64,000 bases of DNA from the human T2T-CHM13v2.0 reference genome, Homo sapiens. Shown piece by piece: positions 45,501 to 60,840 of the stretch (positions are counted from its first letter, which is position 1; each line of letters begins with the position of its first letter). The notes below the pieces were generated by a model. The model was not told the DNA's origin, did no database searches, and saw only the letters and a program-made list of their open reading frames with translations. The DNA lies in the NCBI RefSeq assembly GCF_009914755.1, contig NC_060925.1; one strand, written 5' to 3'. The position numbers and the translations under genes were made by a program.

Positions 45501-48500
45501 ATCATAAAATGGAATCGAATGGAATCAACATCAAATGGAATCAAATGGAATCATTGAACGGAATTGAATGGAATCGTCATCGAATGAATTGACTGCAATC
45601 ATCGAATGGTCTCGAATGGAATCATCTTCAAATGGAATGGAATTTAATCATCGCATAGAATCGAATGGAATTATCATCGAATGGAATCGAATGGAATCAA
45701 CATCAAACGGAAAAAAACGGAATTATCGAATGGAATCGAAGAGAATCATCGAATGGACCCGAATGGAATCATCTAATGGAATGGAATGGAATAATCCATG
45801 GACTCGAATGCAATCATCATCGAATGGAATCGAATGGAATCATCGAATGGACTCGAATGGAATAATCATTGAACGGAATCGAATGGAATCATCATCGGAT
45901 GGAAATGAATGGAATCATCATCGAATGGAATCGAATAGAATTATGGAATGAAATCCAGTGTGATCATCATCGAATGGACCCGAATGGAATCATCATCCAA
46001 CGGAAGCTAATGGAATCAACATCGAATGAATCAAATGGAAACACCATCGAATTGAAACGAATGGAATTATCATGAAATTGAAATGGATGGACTCATCATC
46101 GAATGGATTCGAATGGAATCATCGAATAAAATTGATTGAAATCATCATCCAATGGAATCGAATGGTATCATTGAATGGAATCGAATGGAATCATCATCAG
46201 ATGGAAATGAATGGAATCGTCATAGAATGGAATCGAATGGATTCATTGAATGGAATCAGATGGAATCATCGAATGGACTGGAATGGAATCATTGAATGGA
46301 CTCGAAAGGGATCATTATTGAATGGAATTGAATGGAATCATCGAATGGTCTCGATTGGAATCATTATCAAATGGAATGGAATGGAATCACCGAATAGAAT
46401 CGAATGGAACAATCATCGAATGGACTCAAATGGAATTATCCTCCAATGGAATCGAATGGAATTATCGAATGCAATCGAATGGAATTATCGAATGCAATCG
46501 AATAGAATCATCGAATGGACTCGAATGGAATCATCGAATGGAATGGAATGGAACAGTCAATGAACTCGAATGGAATCATCATTGAATGGAATCGAATGGA
46601 ATCATCGAGTGGAATCGAATGGAATTATGATCAAATGGAATCGAATGTAATCCTCATCAAATGGAATCAAAAATAACCATCATCAATTGGTATTGAATGG
46701 AATTGTCATCAAATGGAATTCAAAGGAATCATCATCAAATGGAACCGAATGGAATCCTCATTGAATGGAAATGAAAGGGGTCATCATCTAATGGAATCGC
46801 ATGGAATCATCATCAAATGGAATCGAATGGAATCATCATCAAATGGAATCTAATGGAATCATTGAACAGAATTGAATGGAATCGTCATCGAATGAATTGA
46901 ATGCAATCATCGAATGGTCTCGAATGGAATCATCTTCTAATGGAAAGGAATGGAATCATCGCATAGAATCGAATGGAATTATCATCGAATGGAATCGAAT
47001 GGTATCAACATCAAACGGAAAAAAACGGAATTATCGAATGGAATCGAAGAGAATCTTCGAACGGACCCGAATGGAATCATCTAATGGAATGGAATGGAAT
47101 AATCCATGGACTCGAATGCAATCATCATCGAATGGAATGGAATGGAATCATCGAATGGACTCGAATGGAATAATCATTGAACGGAATCGAATGGAATCAT
47201 CATCGGATGGAAACGAATGGAATCATCATCGAATGGAAATGAAAGGAGTCATCATCTAATGGAATTGCATGGAATCATCATAAAATGGAATCGAATGGAA
47301 TCAACATCAAATGGAATCAAATGGAATCATTGAACGGAATTGAATGGAATCGTCATCGAATGAATTGACTGCAATCATCGAATGGTCTCGAATGGAATCA
47401 TCTTCAAATGGAATGGAATGGAATCATCGCATAGAATCGAATGGAATTATCATCGAATGGAATCGAATGGAATCAACATCAAACGGAAAAAAACGGAATT
47501 ATCGAATGGAATCGAAGAGAATCATCGAATGGACCCGAATGGAATCATCTAATGGAATGAAATGGAATAATCCATGGACTCGAATGCAATCATCATCGAA
47601 TGGAATCGAATGGAATCATCGAATGGACTCGAATGGAATAATCATTGAACGGAATCGAATGGAATCATCATCGGATGGAAATGAATGGAATCATCATCGA
47701 ATGGAATCGAATAGAATTATGGAATGAAATCCAGTGTGATCATCATCGAATGGACCCGAATGGAATCATCATCCAACGGAAGCTAATGGAATCAACATCG
47801 AATGAATCGAATGGAAACACCATCGAATTGAAACGAATGGAATTATCATGAAATTGAAATGGATGGACTCATCATCGAATGGATTCGAATGGAATCATCG
47901 AATAAAATTGATTGAAATCATCATCCAATGGAATCGAATGGTATCATTGAATGGAATCGAATGGAATCATCATCAGATGGAAATGAATGGAATCGTCATA
48001 GAATGGAATCGAATGGATTCATTGAATGGAATCAGATGGAATCATCGAATGGACTGGAATGGAATCATTGAATGGACTCGAAAGGGATCATTATTGAATG
48101 GAATTGAATGGAATCATCGAATGGTCTCGATTGGAATCATTATCAAATGGAATGGAATGGAATCACCGAATAGAATCGAATGGAACAATCATCGAATGGA
48201 CTCAAATGGAATTATCCTCCAATGGAATCGAATGGAATTATCGAATGCAATCGAATGGAATTATCGAATGCAATCGAATAGAATCATCGAATGAACTCGA
48301 ATGGAATCATCGAATGGAATGGAATGGAACAGTCAATGAACTCGAATGGAATCATCATTGAATGGAATCGAATGGAATCATCGAGTGGAATCGAATGGAA
48401 TTATGATCAAATGGAACCGAATGTAATCCTCATCAAATGGAATCAAAAATAACCATCATCAATTGGTATTGAATGGAATTGTCATCAAATGGAATTCAAA

Positions 48501-50187
48501 GGAATCATCATCAAATGGAACCGAATGGAATCCTCATTGAATGGAAATGAAAGGGGTCATCATCTAATGGAATTGCATGGAATCATCATCAAATGGAATC
48601 GAATGGAATCATCATCAAATGGAATCTAATGGAATCATTGAACAGAATTGAATGGAATCGTCATCGAATGAATTGAATGCAATCATCGAATGGTCTCGAA
48701 TGGAATCATCTTCTAATGGAAAGGAATGGAATCATCGCATAGAATCGAATGGAATTATCATCGAATGGAATCGAATGGTATCAACACCAAACGGAAAAAA
48801 ACGGAATTATCGAATGGAATCGAAGAGAATCTTCGAATGGACCCGAATGGAATCATCTAATGGAATGGAATGGAATAATCCATGGACTCGAATGCAATCA
48901 TCATCGAATGGAATCGAATGGAATCATCGAATGGACTCGAATGGAATAATCATTGAACGGAATCGAATGGAATCATCATCGGATGGAAACGAATGGAATC
49001 ATCATCGAATGGAAATGAAAGGAGTCATCATCTAATGGAATTGCATGGAATCATCATAAAATGGAATCGAATGGAATCAACATCAAATGGAATCAAATGG
49101 AATCATTGAACGGAATTGAATGAAATCGTCATCGAATGAATTGAATGCAATCATCGAATGGTCTCGAATGGAATCATCTTCAAATGGAATGGAATGGAAT
49201 CATCGCATAGAATCGAATGGAATTATCATCGAATGGAATCGAATGGAATCAACATCAAACGGAAAAAAAAGTAATTATCGAATGGAATCGAAGAGAATCA
49301 TCGAATGGACCCGAATGGAATCATCTAATGGAATGGAATGGAATAATCCATGGACTCGAATGCAATCATCATCGAATGGAATCGAATGGAATCATCGAAT
49401 GGACTCGAATGGAATAATCATTGAACGGAATCGAATGGAATCATCATCGGATGGAAATGAATGGAATCATCATCGAATGGAATCGAATAGAATTATGGAA
49501 TGAAATCCAGTGTGATCATCATCGAATGGACCCGAATGGAATCATCATCCAACGGAAGCTAATGGAATCAACATCGAATGAATCAAATGGAAACACCATC
49601 GAATTGAAACGAATGGAATTATCATGAAATTGAAATGGATGGACTCATCATCGAATGGATTCGAATGGAATCATCGAATAAAATTGATTGAAATCATCAT
49701 CGAATGGAATCGAATGGTATCATTGAATGGAATCGAATGGAATCATCATCAGATGGAAATGAATGGAATCGTCATAGAATGGAATCGAATGGATTCATTG
49801 AATGGAATCAGATGGAATCATCGAATGGACTGGAATGGAATCATTGAATGGACTCGAAAGGGATCATGATTGAATGGAATTGAATGGAATCATCGAATGG
49901 TCTCGATTGGAATCATTATCAAATGGAATCGAATGGAATCACCGAATAGAATCGAATGGAACAATCATCGAATGGACTCAAATGGAATTATCCTCAAATG
50001 GAATCGAATGGAATTATCGAATGCAATCGAATGGAATTATCGAATGCAATCGAATAGAATCATCGAATGGACTCGAATGGAATCATCGAATGGAATGGAA
50101 TGGAACAGTCAATGAACTCGAATGGAATCATCATTGAATGGAATCGAATGGAATCATCGAGTGGAATCGAATGGAATTATGATCAAA
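39531..50187 (+). repeat. Six-unit higher-order repeat, copy 3
   Basis: The +1 T marker is at 39531 and 50188 (10,657 apart). E-L-S-L-S-W/K order at ORFs 39772, 41548, 43324, 45100, 46876, 48652/49120. Confidence 0.9.
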
Positions 50188-53100
50188 TTGCAATCGAATG
50201 TAATCCTCATCAAATGGAATCAAAAATAACCATCATCAATTGGTATTGAATGGAATTGTCATCAAATGGAATTCAAAGGAATCATCATCAAATGGAACCG
50301 AATGGAATCCTCATTGAATGGAAATGAAAGGGGTCATCATCTAATGGAATCGCATGGAATCATCATCAAATGGAATCGAATGGAATCATCATCAAATGGA
50401 ATCTAATGGAATCATTGAACAGAATTGAATGGAATCGTCATCGAATGAATTGAATGCAATCATCGAATGGTCTCGAATGGAATCATCTTCTAATGGAAAG
50501 GAATGGAATCATCGCATAGAATCGAATGGAATTATCATCGAATGGAATCGAATGGTATCAACACCAAACGGAGAAAAACGGAATTATCGAATGGAATCGA
50601 AGAGAATCTTCGAACGGACCCGAATGGAATCATCTAATGGAATGGAATGGAATAATCCATGGACTCGAATGCAATCATCATCGAATGGAATCGAATGGAA
50701 TCATCGAATGGACTCGAATGGAATAATCATTGAACGGAATCGAATGGAATCATCATCGGATGGAAACGAATGGAATCATCATCGAATGGAAATGAAAGGA
50801 GTCATCATCTAATGGAATTGCATGGAATCATCATAAAATGGAATCGAATGGAATCAACATCAAATGGAATCAAATGGAATCATTGAACGGAATTGAATGG
50901 AATCGTCATCGAATGAATTGACTGCAATCATCGAATGGTCTCGAATGGAATCATCTTCAAATGGAATGGAATGGAATCATCGCATAGAATCGAATGGAAT
51001 TATCATCGAATGGAATCGAATGGAATCAACATCAAACGGAAAAAAACGGAATTATCGAATGGAATCGAAGAGAATCATCGAATGGACCCGAATGGAATCA
51101 TCTAATGGAATGGAATGGAATAATCCATGGACTCGAATGCAATCATCATCGAATGGAATCGAATGGAATCATCGAATGGACTCGAATGGAATAATCATTG
51201 AACGGAATCGAATGGAATCATCATCGGATGGAAATGAATGGAATCATCATCGAATGGAATCGAATAGAATTATGGAATGAAATCCAGTGTGATCATCATC
51301 GAATGGACCCGAATGGAATCATCATCCAACGGAAGCTAATGGAATCAACATCGAATGAATCGAATGGAAACACCATCGAATTGAAACGAATGGAATTATC
51401 ATGAAATTGAAATGGATGGACTCATCATCGAATGGATTCGAATGGAATCATCGAATAAAATTGATTGAAATCATCATCCAATGGAATCGAATGGTATCAT
51501 TGAATGGAATCGAATGGAATCATCATCAGATGGAAATGAATGGAATCGTCATAGAATGGAATCGAATGGATTCATTGAATGGAATCAGATGGAATCATCG
51601 AATGGACTGGAATGGAATCATTGAATGGACTCGAAAGGGATCATGATTGAATGGAATTGAATGGAATCATCGAATGGTCTCGATTGGAATCATTATCAAA
51701 TGGAATGGAATGGAATCACCGAATAGAATCGAATGGAACAATCATCGAATGGACTCAAATGGAATTATCCTCCAATGGAATCGAATGGAATTATCGAATG
51801 CAATCGAATGGAATTATCGAATGCAATCGAATAGAATCATCGAATGGACTCGAATGGAATCATCGAATGGAATGGAATGGAACAGTCAATGAACTCGAAT
51901 GGAATCATCATTGAATGGAATCGAATGGAATGATCGAGTGGAATCGAAAGAAATTATGATCAAATGGAAGCGAACGTAATCATCATCAAATGGAATCAAA
52001 AATAACCATAATCAATTGGTATTGAATGGAATTGTCATCAAATGGAATTCAAAGGAATCATCATCAAATGGAACCGAATGGAATCCTCATTGAATGGAAA
52101 AGAAAGGGGTCATCATCTAATGGAATCGCATGGAATCATCATCAAATGGAATCGAATGGAATCATCATCAAATGGAATCTAATGGAATCATTGAACAGAA
52201 TTGAATGGAATCGTCATCGAATGAATTGAATGCAATCATCGAATGGTCTCGAATGGAATCATCTTCTAATGGAAAGGAATGGAATCATCGCATAGAATCG
52301 AATGGAATTATCATCGAATGGAATCGAATGGTATCAACACCAAACGGAAAAAAACGGAATTATCGAATGGAATCGAAGAGAATCTTCGAACGGACCCGAA
52401 TGGAATCATCTAATGGAATGGAATGGAATAATCCATGGACTCGAATGCAATCATCATCGAATGGAATGGAATGGAATCATCGAATGGACTCGAATGGAAT
52501 AATCATTGAACGGAATCGAATGGAATCATCATTGGATGGAAACGAATGGAATCATCATCGAATGGAAATGAAAGGAGTCATCATCTAATGGAATTGCATG
52601 GAATCATCATAAAATGGAATCGAATGGAATCAACATCAAATGGAATCAAATGGAATCATTGAACGGAATTGAATGGAATCGTCATCGAATGAATTGACTG
52701 CAATCATCGAATGGTCTCGAATGGAATCATCTTCAAATGGAATGGAATGGAATCATCGCATAGAATCGAATGGAATTATCATCGAATGGAATCGAATGGA
52801 ATCAACATCAAACGGAAAAAAACGGAATTATCGAATGGAATCGAAGAGAATCATCGAATGGACCCGAATGGAATCATCTAATGGAATGGAATGGAATAAT
52901 CCATGGACTCGAATGCAATCATCATCGAATGGAATCGAATGGAATCATCGAATGGACTCGAATGGAATAATCATTGAACGGAATCGAATGGAATCATCAT
53001 CGGATGGAAATGAATGGAATCATCATCGAATGGAATCGAATATAATTATGGTATGAAATCCAGTGTGATCATCATCGAATGGACCCGAATGGAATCATCA

Positions 53101-56100
53101 TCCAACGGAAGCTAATGGAATCAACATCGAATGAATCGAATGGAAACACCATCGAATTGAAACGAATGGAATTATCATGAAATTGAAATGGATGGACTCA
53201 TCATCGAATGGATTCGAATGGAATCATCGAATAAAATTGATTGAAATCATCATCCAATGGAATCGAATGGTATCATTGAATGGAATCGAATGGAATCATC
53301 ATCAGATGGAAATGAATGGAATCGTCATAGAATGGAATCGAATGGATTCATTGAATGGAATCAGATGGAATCATCGAATGGACTGGAATGGAATCATTGA
53401 ATGGACTCGAAAGGGATCATTATTGAATGGAATTGAATGGAATCATCGAATGGTCTCGATTGGAATCATTATCAAATGGAATGGAATGGAATCACCGAAT
53501 AGAATCGAATGGAACAATCATCGAATGGACTCAAATGGAATTATCCTCCAATGGAATCGAATGGAATTATCGAATGCAATCGAATGGAATTATCGAATGC
53601 AATCGAATAGAATCATCGAATGGACTCGAATGGAATCATCGAATGGAATGGAATGGAACAGTCAATGAACTCGAATGGAATCATCATTGAATGGAATCGA
53701 ATGGAATCATCGAGTGGAATCGAATGGAATTATGATCAAATGGAATCGAATGTAATCCTCATCAAATGGAATCAAAAATAACCATCATCAATTGGTATTG
53801 AATGGAATTGTCATCAAATGGAATTCAAAGGAATCATCATCAAATGGAACCGAATGGAATCCTCATTGAATGGAAATGAAAGGGGTCATCATCTAATGGA
53901 ATCGCATGGAATCATCATCAAATGGAATCGAATGGAATCATCATCAAATGGAATCTAATGGAATCATTGAACAGAATTGAATGGAATCGTCATCGAATGA
54001 ATTGAATGCAATCATCGAATGGTCTCGAATGGAATCATCTTCTAATGGAAAGGAATGGAATCATCGCATAGAATCGAATGGAATTATCATCGAATGGAAT
54101 CGAATGGTATCAACATCAAACGGAAAAAAACGGAATTATCGAATGGAATCGAAGAGAATCTTCGAACGGACCCGAATGGAATCATCTAATGGAATGGAAT
54201 GGAATAATCCATGGACTCGAATGCAATCATCATCGAATGGAATGGAATGGAATCATCGAATGGACTCGAATGGAATAATCATTGAACGGAATCGAATGGA
54301 ATCATCATCGGATGGAAACGAATGGAATCATCATCGAATGGAAATGAAAGGAGTCATCATCTAATGGAATTGCATGGAATCATCATAAAATGGAATCGAA
54401 TGGAATCAACATCAAATGGAATCAAATGGAATCATTGAACGGAATTGAATGGAATCGTCATCGAATGAATTGACTGCAATCATTGAATGGTCTCGAATGG
54501 AATCATCTTCAAATGGAATGGAATGGAATCATCGCATAGAATCGAATGGAATTATCATCGAATGGAATCGAATGGAATCAACATCAAACGGAAAAAAACG
54601 GAATTATCGAATGGAATCGAATAGAATCATCGAATGGACCCGAATGGAATCATCTAATGGAATGAAATGGAATAATCCATGGACTCGAATGCAATCATCA
54701 TCGAATGGAATCGAATGGAATCATCGAATGGACTCGAATGGAATAATCATTGAACGGAATCGAATGGAATCATCATCGGATGGAAATGAATGGAATCATC
54801 ATCGAATGGAATCGAATAGAATTATGGAATGAAATCCAGTGTGATCATCATCGAATGGACCCGAATGGAATCATCATCCAACGGAAGCTAATGGAATCAA
54901 CATCGAATGAATCGAATGGAAACACCATCGAATTGAAACGAATGGAATTATCATGAAATTGAAATGGATGGACTCATCATCGAATGGATTCGAATGGAAT
55001 CATCGAATAAAATTGATTGAAATCATCATCCAATGGAATCGAATGGTATCATTGAATGGAATCGAATGGAATCATCATCAGATGGAAATGAATGGAATCG
55101 TCATAGAATGGAATCGAATGGATTCATTGAATGGAATCAGATGGAATCATCGAATGGACTGGAATGGAATCATTGAATGGACTCGAAAGGGATCATTATT
55201 GAATGGAATTGAATGGAATCATCGAATGGTCTCGATTGGAATCATTATCAAATGGAATGGAATGGAATCACCGAATAGAATCGAATGGAACAATCATCGA
55301 ATGGACTCAAATGGAATTATCCTCCAATGGAATCGAATGGAATTATCGAATGCAATCGAATGGAATTATCGAATGCAATCGAATAGAATCATCGAATGGA
55401 CTCGAATGGAATCATCGAATGGAATGGAATGGAACAGTCAATGAACTCGAATGGAATCATCATTGAATGGAATCGAATGGAATGATCGAGTGGAATCGAA
55501 AGAAATTATGATCAAATGGAAGCGAACGTAATCATCATCAAATGGAATCAAAAATAACCATAATCAATTGGTATTGAATGGAATTGTCATCAAATGGAAT
55601 TCAAAGGAATCATCATCAAATGGAACCGGATGGAATCCTCATTGAATGGAAAAGAAAGGGGTCATCATCTAATGGAATCGCATGGAATCATCATCAAATG
55701 GAATCGAATGGAATCATCATCAAATGGAATCTAATGGAATCATTGAACAGAATTGAATGGAATCGTCATCGAATGAATTGAATGCAATCATCGAATGGTC
55801 TCGAATGGAATCATCTTCTAATGGAAAGGAATGGAATCATCGCATAGAATCGAATGGAATTATCATCGAATGGAATCGAATGGTATCAACACCAAACGGA
55901 AAAAAACGGAATTATCGAATGGAATCGAAGAGAATCTTCGAACGGACCCGAATGGAATCATCTAATGGAATGGAATGGAATAATCCATGGACTCGAATGC
56001 AATCATCATCGAATGGAATGGAATGGAATCATCGAATGGACTCGAATGGAATAATCATTGAACGGAATCGAATGGAATCATCATTGGATGGAAACGAATG

Positions 56101-59100
56101 GAATCATCATCGAATGGAAATGAAAGGAGTCATCATCTAATGGAATTGCATGGAATCATCATAAAATGGAATCGAATGGAATCAACATCAAATGGAATCA
56201 AATGGAATCATTGAACGGAATTGAATGGAATCGTCATCGAATGAATTGACTGCAATCATCGAATGGTCTCGAATGGAATCATCTTCAAATGGAATGGAAT
56301 GGAATCATCGCATAGAATCGAATGGAATTATCATCGAATGGAATCGAATGGAATCAACATCAAACGGAAAAAAACGGAATTATCGAATGGAATCGAAGAG
56401 AATCATCGAATGGACCCGAATGGAATCATCTAATGGAATGGAATGGAATAATCCATGGACTCGAATGCAATCATCATCGAATGGAATCGAATGGAATCAT
56501 CGAATGGACTCGAATGGAATAATCATTGAACGGAATCGAATGGAATCATCATCGGATGGAAATGAATGGAATCATCATCGAATGGAATCGAATAGAATTA
56601 TGGAATGAAATCCAGTGTGATCATCATCGAATGGACCCGAATGGAATCATCATCCAACGGAAGCTAATGGAATCAACATCGAATGAATCGAATGGAAACA
56701 CCATCGAATTGAAACGAATGGAATTATCATGAAATTGAAATGGATGGACTCATCATCGAATGGATTCGAATGGAATCATCGAATAAAATTGATTGAAATC
56801 ATCATCCAATGGAATCGAATGGTATCATTGAATGGAATCGAATGGAATCATCATCAGATGGAAATGAATGGAATCGTCATAGAATGGAATCGAATGGATT
56901 CATTGAATGGAATCAGATGGAATCATCGAATGGACTGGAATGGAATCATTGAATGGACTCGAAAGGGATCATTATTGAATGGAATTGAATGGAATCATCG
57001 AATGGTCTCGATTGGAATCATTATCAAATGGAATGGAATGGAATCACCGAATAGAATCGAATGGAACAATCATCGAATGGACTCAAATGGAATTATCCTC
57101 CAATGGAATCGAATGGAATTATCGAATGCAATCGAATGGAATTATCGAATGCAATCGAATAGAATCATCGAATGGACTCGAATGGAATCATCGAATGGAA
57201 TGGAATGGAACAGTCAATGAACTCGAATGGAATCATCATTGAATGGAATCGAATGGAATCATCGAGTGGAATCGAATGGAATTATGATCAAATGGAATCG
57301 AATGTAATCCTCATCAAATGGAATCAAAAATAACCATCATCAATTGGTATTGAATGGAATTGTCATCAAATGGAATTCAAAGGAATCATCATCAAATGGA
57401 ACCGAATGGAATCCTCATTGAATGGAAATGAAAGGGGTCATCATCTAATGGAATCGCATGGAATCATCATCAAATGGAATCGAATGGAATCATCATCAAA
57501 TGGAATCTAATGGAATCATTGAACAGAATTGAATGGAATCGTCATCGAATGAATTGAATGCAATCATCGAATGGTCTCGAATGGAATCATCTTCTAATGG
57601 AAAGGAATGGAATCATCGCATAGAATCGAATGGAATTATCATCGAATGGAATCGAATGGTATCAACATCAAACGGAAAAAAACGGAATTATCAAATGGAA
57701 TCGAAGAGAATCTTCGAACGGACCCGAATGGAATCATCTAATGGAATGGAATGGAATAATCCATGGACTCGAATGCAATCATCATCGAATGGAATGGAAT
57801 GGAATCATCGAATGGACTCGAATGGAATAATCATTGAACGGAATCGAATGGAATCATCATCGGATGGAAACGAATGGAATCATCATCGAATGGAAATGAA
57901 AGGAGTCATCATCTAATGGAATTGCATGGAATCATCATAAAATGGAATCGAATGGAATCAACATCAAATGGAATCAAATGGAATCATTGAACGGAATTGA
58001 ATGGAATCGTCATCGAATGAATTGACTGCAATCATCGAATGGTCTCGAATGGAATCATCTTCAAATGGAATGGAATGGAATCATCGCATAGAATCGAATG
58101 GAATTATCATCGAATGGAATCGAATGGAATCAACATCAAACGGAAAAAAACTGAATTATCGAATGGAATCGAAGAGAATCATCGAATGGACCCGAATGGA
58201 ATCATCTAATGGAATGAAATGGAATAATCCATGGACTCGAATGCAATCATCATCGAATGGAATCGAATGGAATCATCGAATGGACTCGAATGGAATAATC
58301 ATTGAACGGAATCGAATGGAATCATCATCGGATGGAAATGAATGGAATCATCATCGAATGGAATCGAATAGAATTATGGAATGAAATCCAGTGTGATCAT
58401 CATCGAATGGACCCGAATGGAATCATCATCCAACGGAAGCTAATGGAATCAACATCGAATGAATCGAATGGAAACACCATCGAATTGAAACGAATGGAAT
58501 TATCATGAAATTGAAATGGATGGACTCATCATCGAATGGATTCGAATGGAATCATCGAATAAAATTGATTGAAATCATCATCCAATGGAATCGAATGGTA
58601 TCATTGAATGGAATCGAATGGAATCATCATCAGATGGAAATGAATGGAATCGTCATAGAATGGAATCGAATGGATTCATTGAATGGAATCAGATGGAATC
58701 ATCGAATGGACTGGAATGGAATCATTGAATGGACTCGAAAGGGATCATTATTGAATGGAATTGAATGGAATCATCGAATGGTCTCGATTGGAATCATTAT
58801 CAAATGGAATGGAATGGAATCACCGAATAGAATCGAATGGAACAATCATCGAATGGACTCAAATGGAATTATCCTCCAATGGAATCGAATGGAATTATCG
58901 AATGCAATCGAATGGAATTATCGAATGCAATCGAATAGAATCATCGAATGGACTCGAATGGAATCATCGAATGGAATGGAATGGAACAGTCAATGAACTC
59001 GAATGGAATCATCATTGAATGGAATCGAATGGAATCATCGAGTGGAATCGAATGGAATTATGATCAAATGGAACCGAATGTAATCCTCATCAAATGGAAT

Positions 59101-60840
59101 CAAAAATAACCATCATCAATTGGTATTGAATGGAATTGTCATCAAATGGAATTCAAAGGAATCATCATCAAATGGAACCGAATGGAATCCTCATTGAATG
59201 GAAATGAAAGGGGTCATCATCTAATGGAATTGCATGGAATCATCATCAAATGGAATCGAATGGAATCATCATCAAATGGAATCTAATGGAATCATTGAAC
59301 AGAATTGAATGGAATCGTCATCGAATGAATTGAATGCAATCATCGAATGGTCTCGAATGGAATCATCTTCTAATGGAAAGGAATGGAATCATCGCATAGA
59401 ATCGAATGGAATTATCATCGAATGGAATCGAATGGTATCAACACCAAACGGAAAAAAACGGAATTATCGAATGGAATCGAAGAGAATCTTCGAATGGACC
59501 CGAATGGAATCATCTAATGGAATGGAATGGAATAATCCATGGACTCGAATGCAATCATCATCGAATGGAATCGAATGGAATCATCGAATGGACTCGAATG
59601 GAATAATCATTGAACGGAATCGAATGGAATCATCATCGGATGGAAACGAATGGAATCATCATCGAATGGAAATGAAAGGAGTCATCATCTAATGGAATTG
59701 CATGGAATCATCATAAAATGGAATCGAATGGAATCAACATCAAATGGAATCAAATGGAATCATTGAACGGAATTGAATGAAATCGTCATCGAATGAATTG
59801 AATGCAATCATCGAATGGTCTCGAATGGAATCATCTTCAAATGGAATGGAATGGAATCATCGCATAGAATCGAATGGAATTATCATCGAATGGAATCGAA
59901 TGGAATCAACATCAAACGGAAAAAAAAGTAATTATCGAATGGAATCGAAGAGAATCATCGAATGGACCCGAATGGAATCATCTAATGGAATGGAATGGAA
60001 TAATCCATGGACTCGAATGCAATCATCATCGAATGGAATCGAATGGAATCATCGAATGGACTCGAATGGAATAATCATTGAACGGAATCGAATGGAATCA
60101 TCATCGGATGGAAATGAATGGAATCATCATCGAATGGAATCGAATAGAATTATGGAATGAAATCCAGTGTGATCATCATCGAATGGACCCGAATGGAATC
60201 ATCATCCAACGGAAGCTAATGGAATCAACATCGAATGAATCAAATGGAAACACCATCGAATTGAAACGAATGGAATTATCATGAAATTGAAATGGATGGA
60301 CTCATCATCGAATGGATTCGAATGGAATCATCGAATAAAATTGATTGAAATCATCATCGAATGGAATCGAATGGTATCATTGAATGGAATCGAATGGAAT
60401 CATCATCAGATGGAAATGAATGGAATCGTCATAGAATGGAATCGAATGGATTCATTGAATGGAATCAGATGGAATCATCGAATGGACTGGAATGGAATCA
60501 TTGAATGGACTCGAAAGGGATCATGATTGAATGGAATTGAATGGAATCATCGAATGGTCTCGATTGGAATCATTATCAAATGGAATCGAATGGAATCACC
60601 GAATAGAATCGAATGGAACAATCATCGAATGGACTCAAATGGAATTATCCTCAAATGGAATCGAATGGAATTATCGAATGCAATCGAATGGAATTATCGA
60701 ATGCAATCGAATAGAATCATCGAATGGACTCGAATGGAATCATCGAATGGAATGGAATGGAACAGTCAATGAACTCGAATGGAATCATCATTGAATGGAA
60801 TCGAATGGAATCATCGAGTGGAATCGAATGGAATTATGAT
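50188..60840 (+). repeat. Six-unit higher-order repeat, copy 4
   Basis: E-L-S-L-S-W/K order at ORFs 50429, 52205, 53981, 55757, 57533, 59309/59777. It shares two private variants with copy 2: ATCATTGAATGGTCTC (near 27841/54482) and TTATCAAATGG (ORFs 30892/57533, NYQME). Confidence 0.9.
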
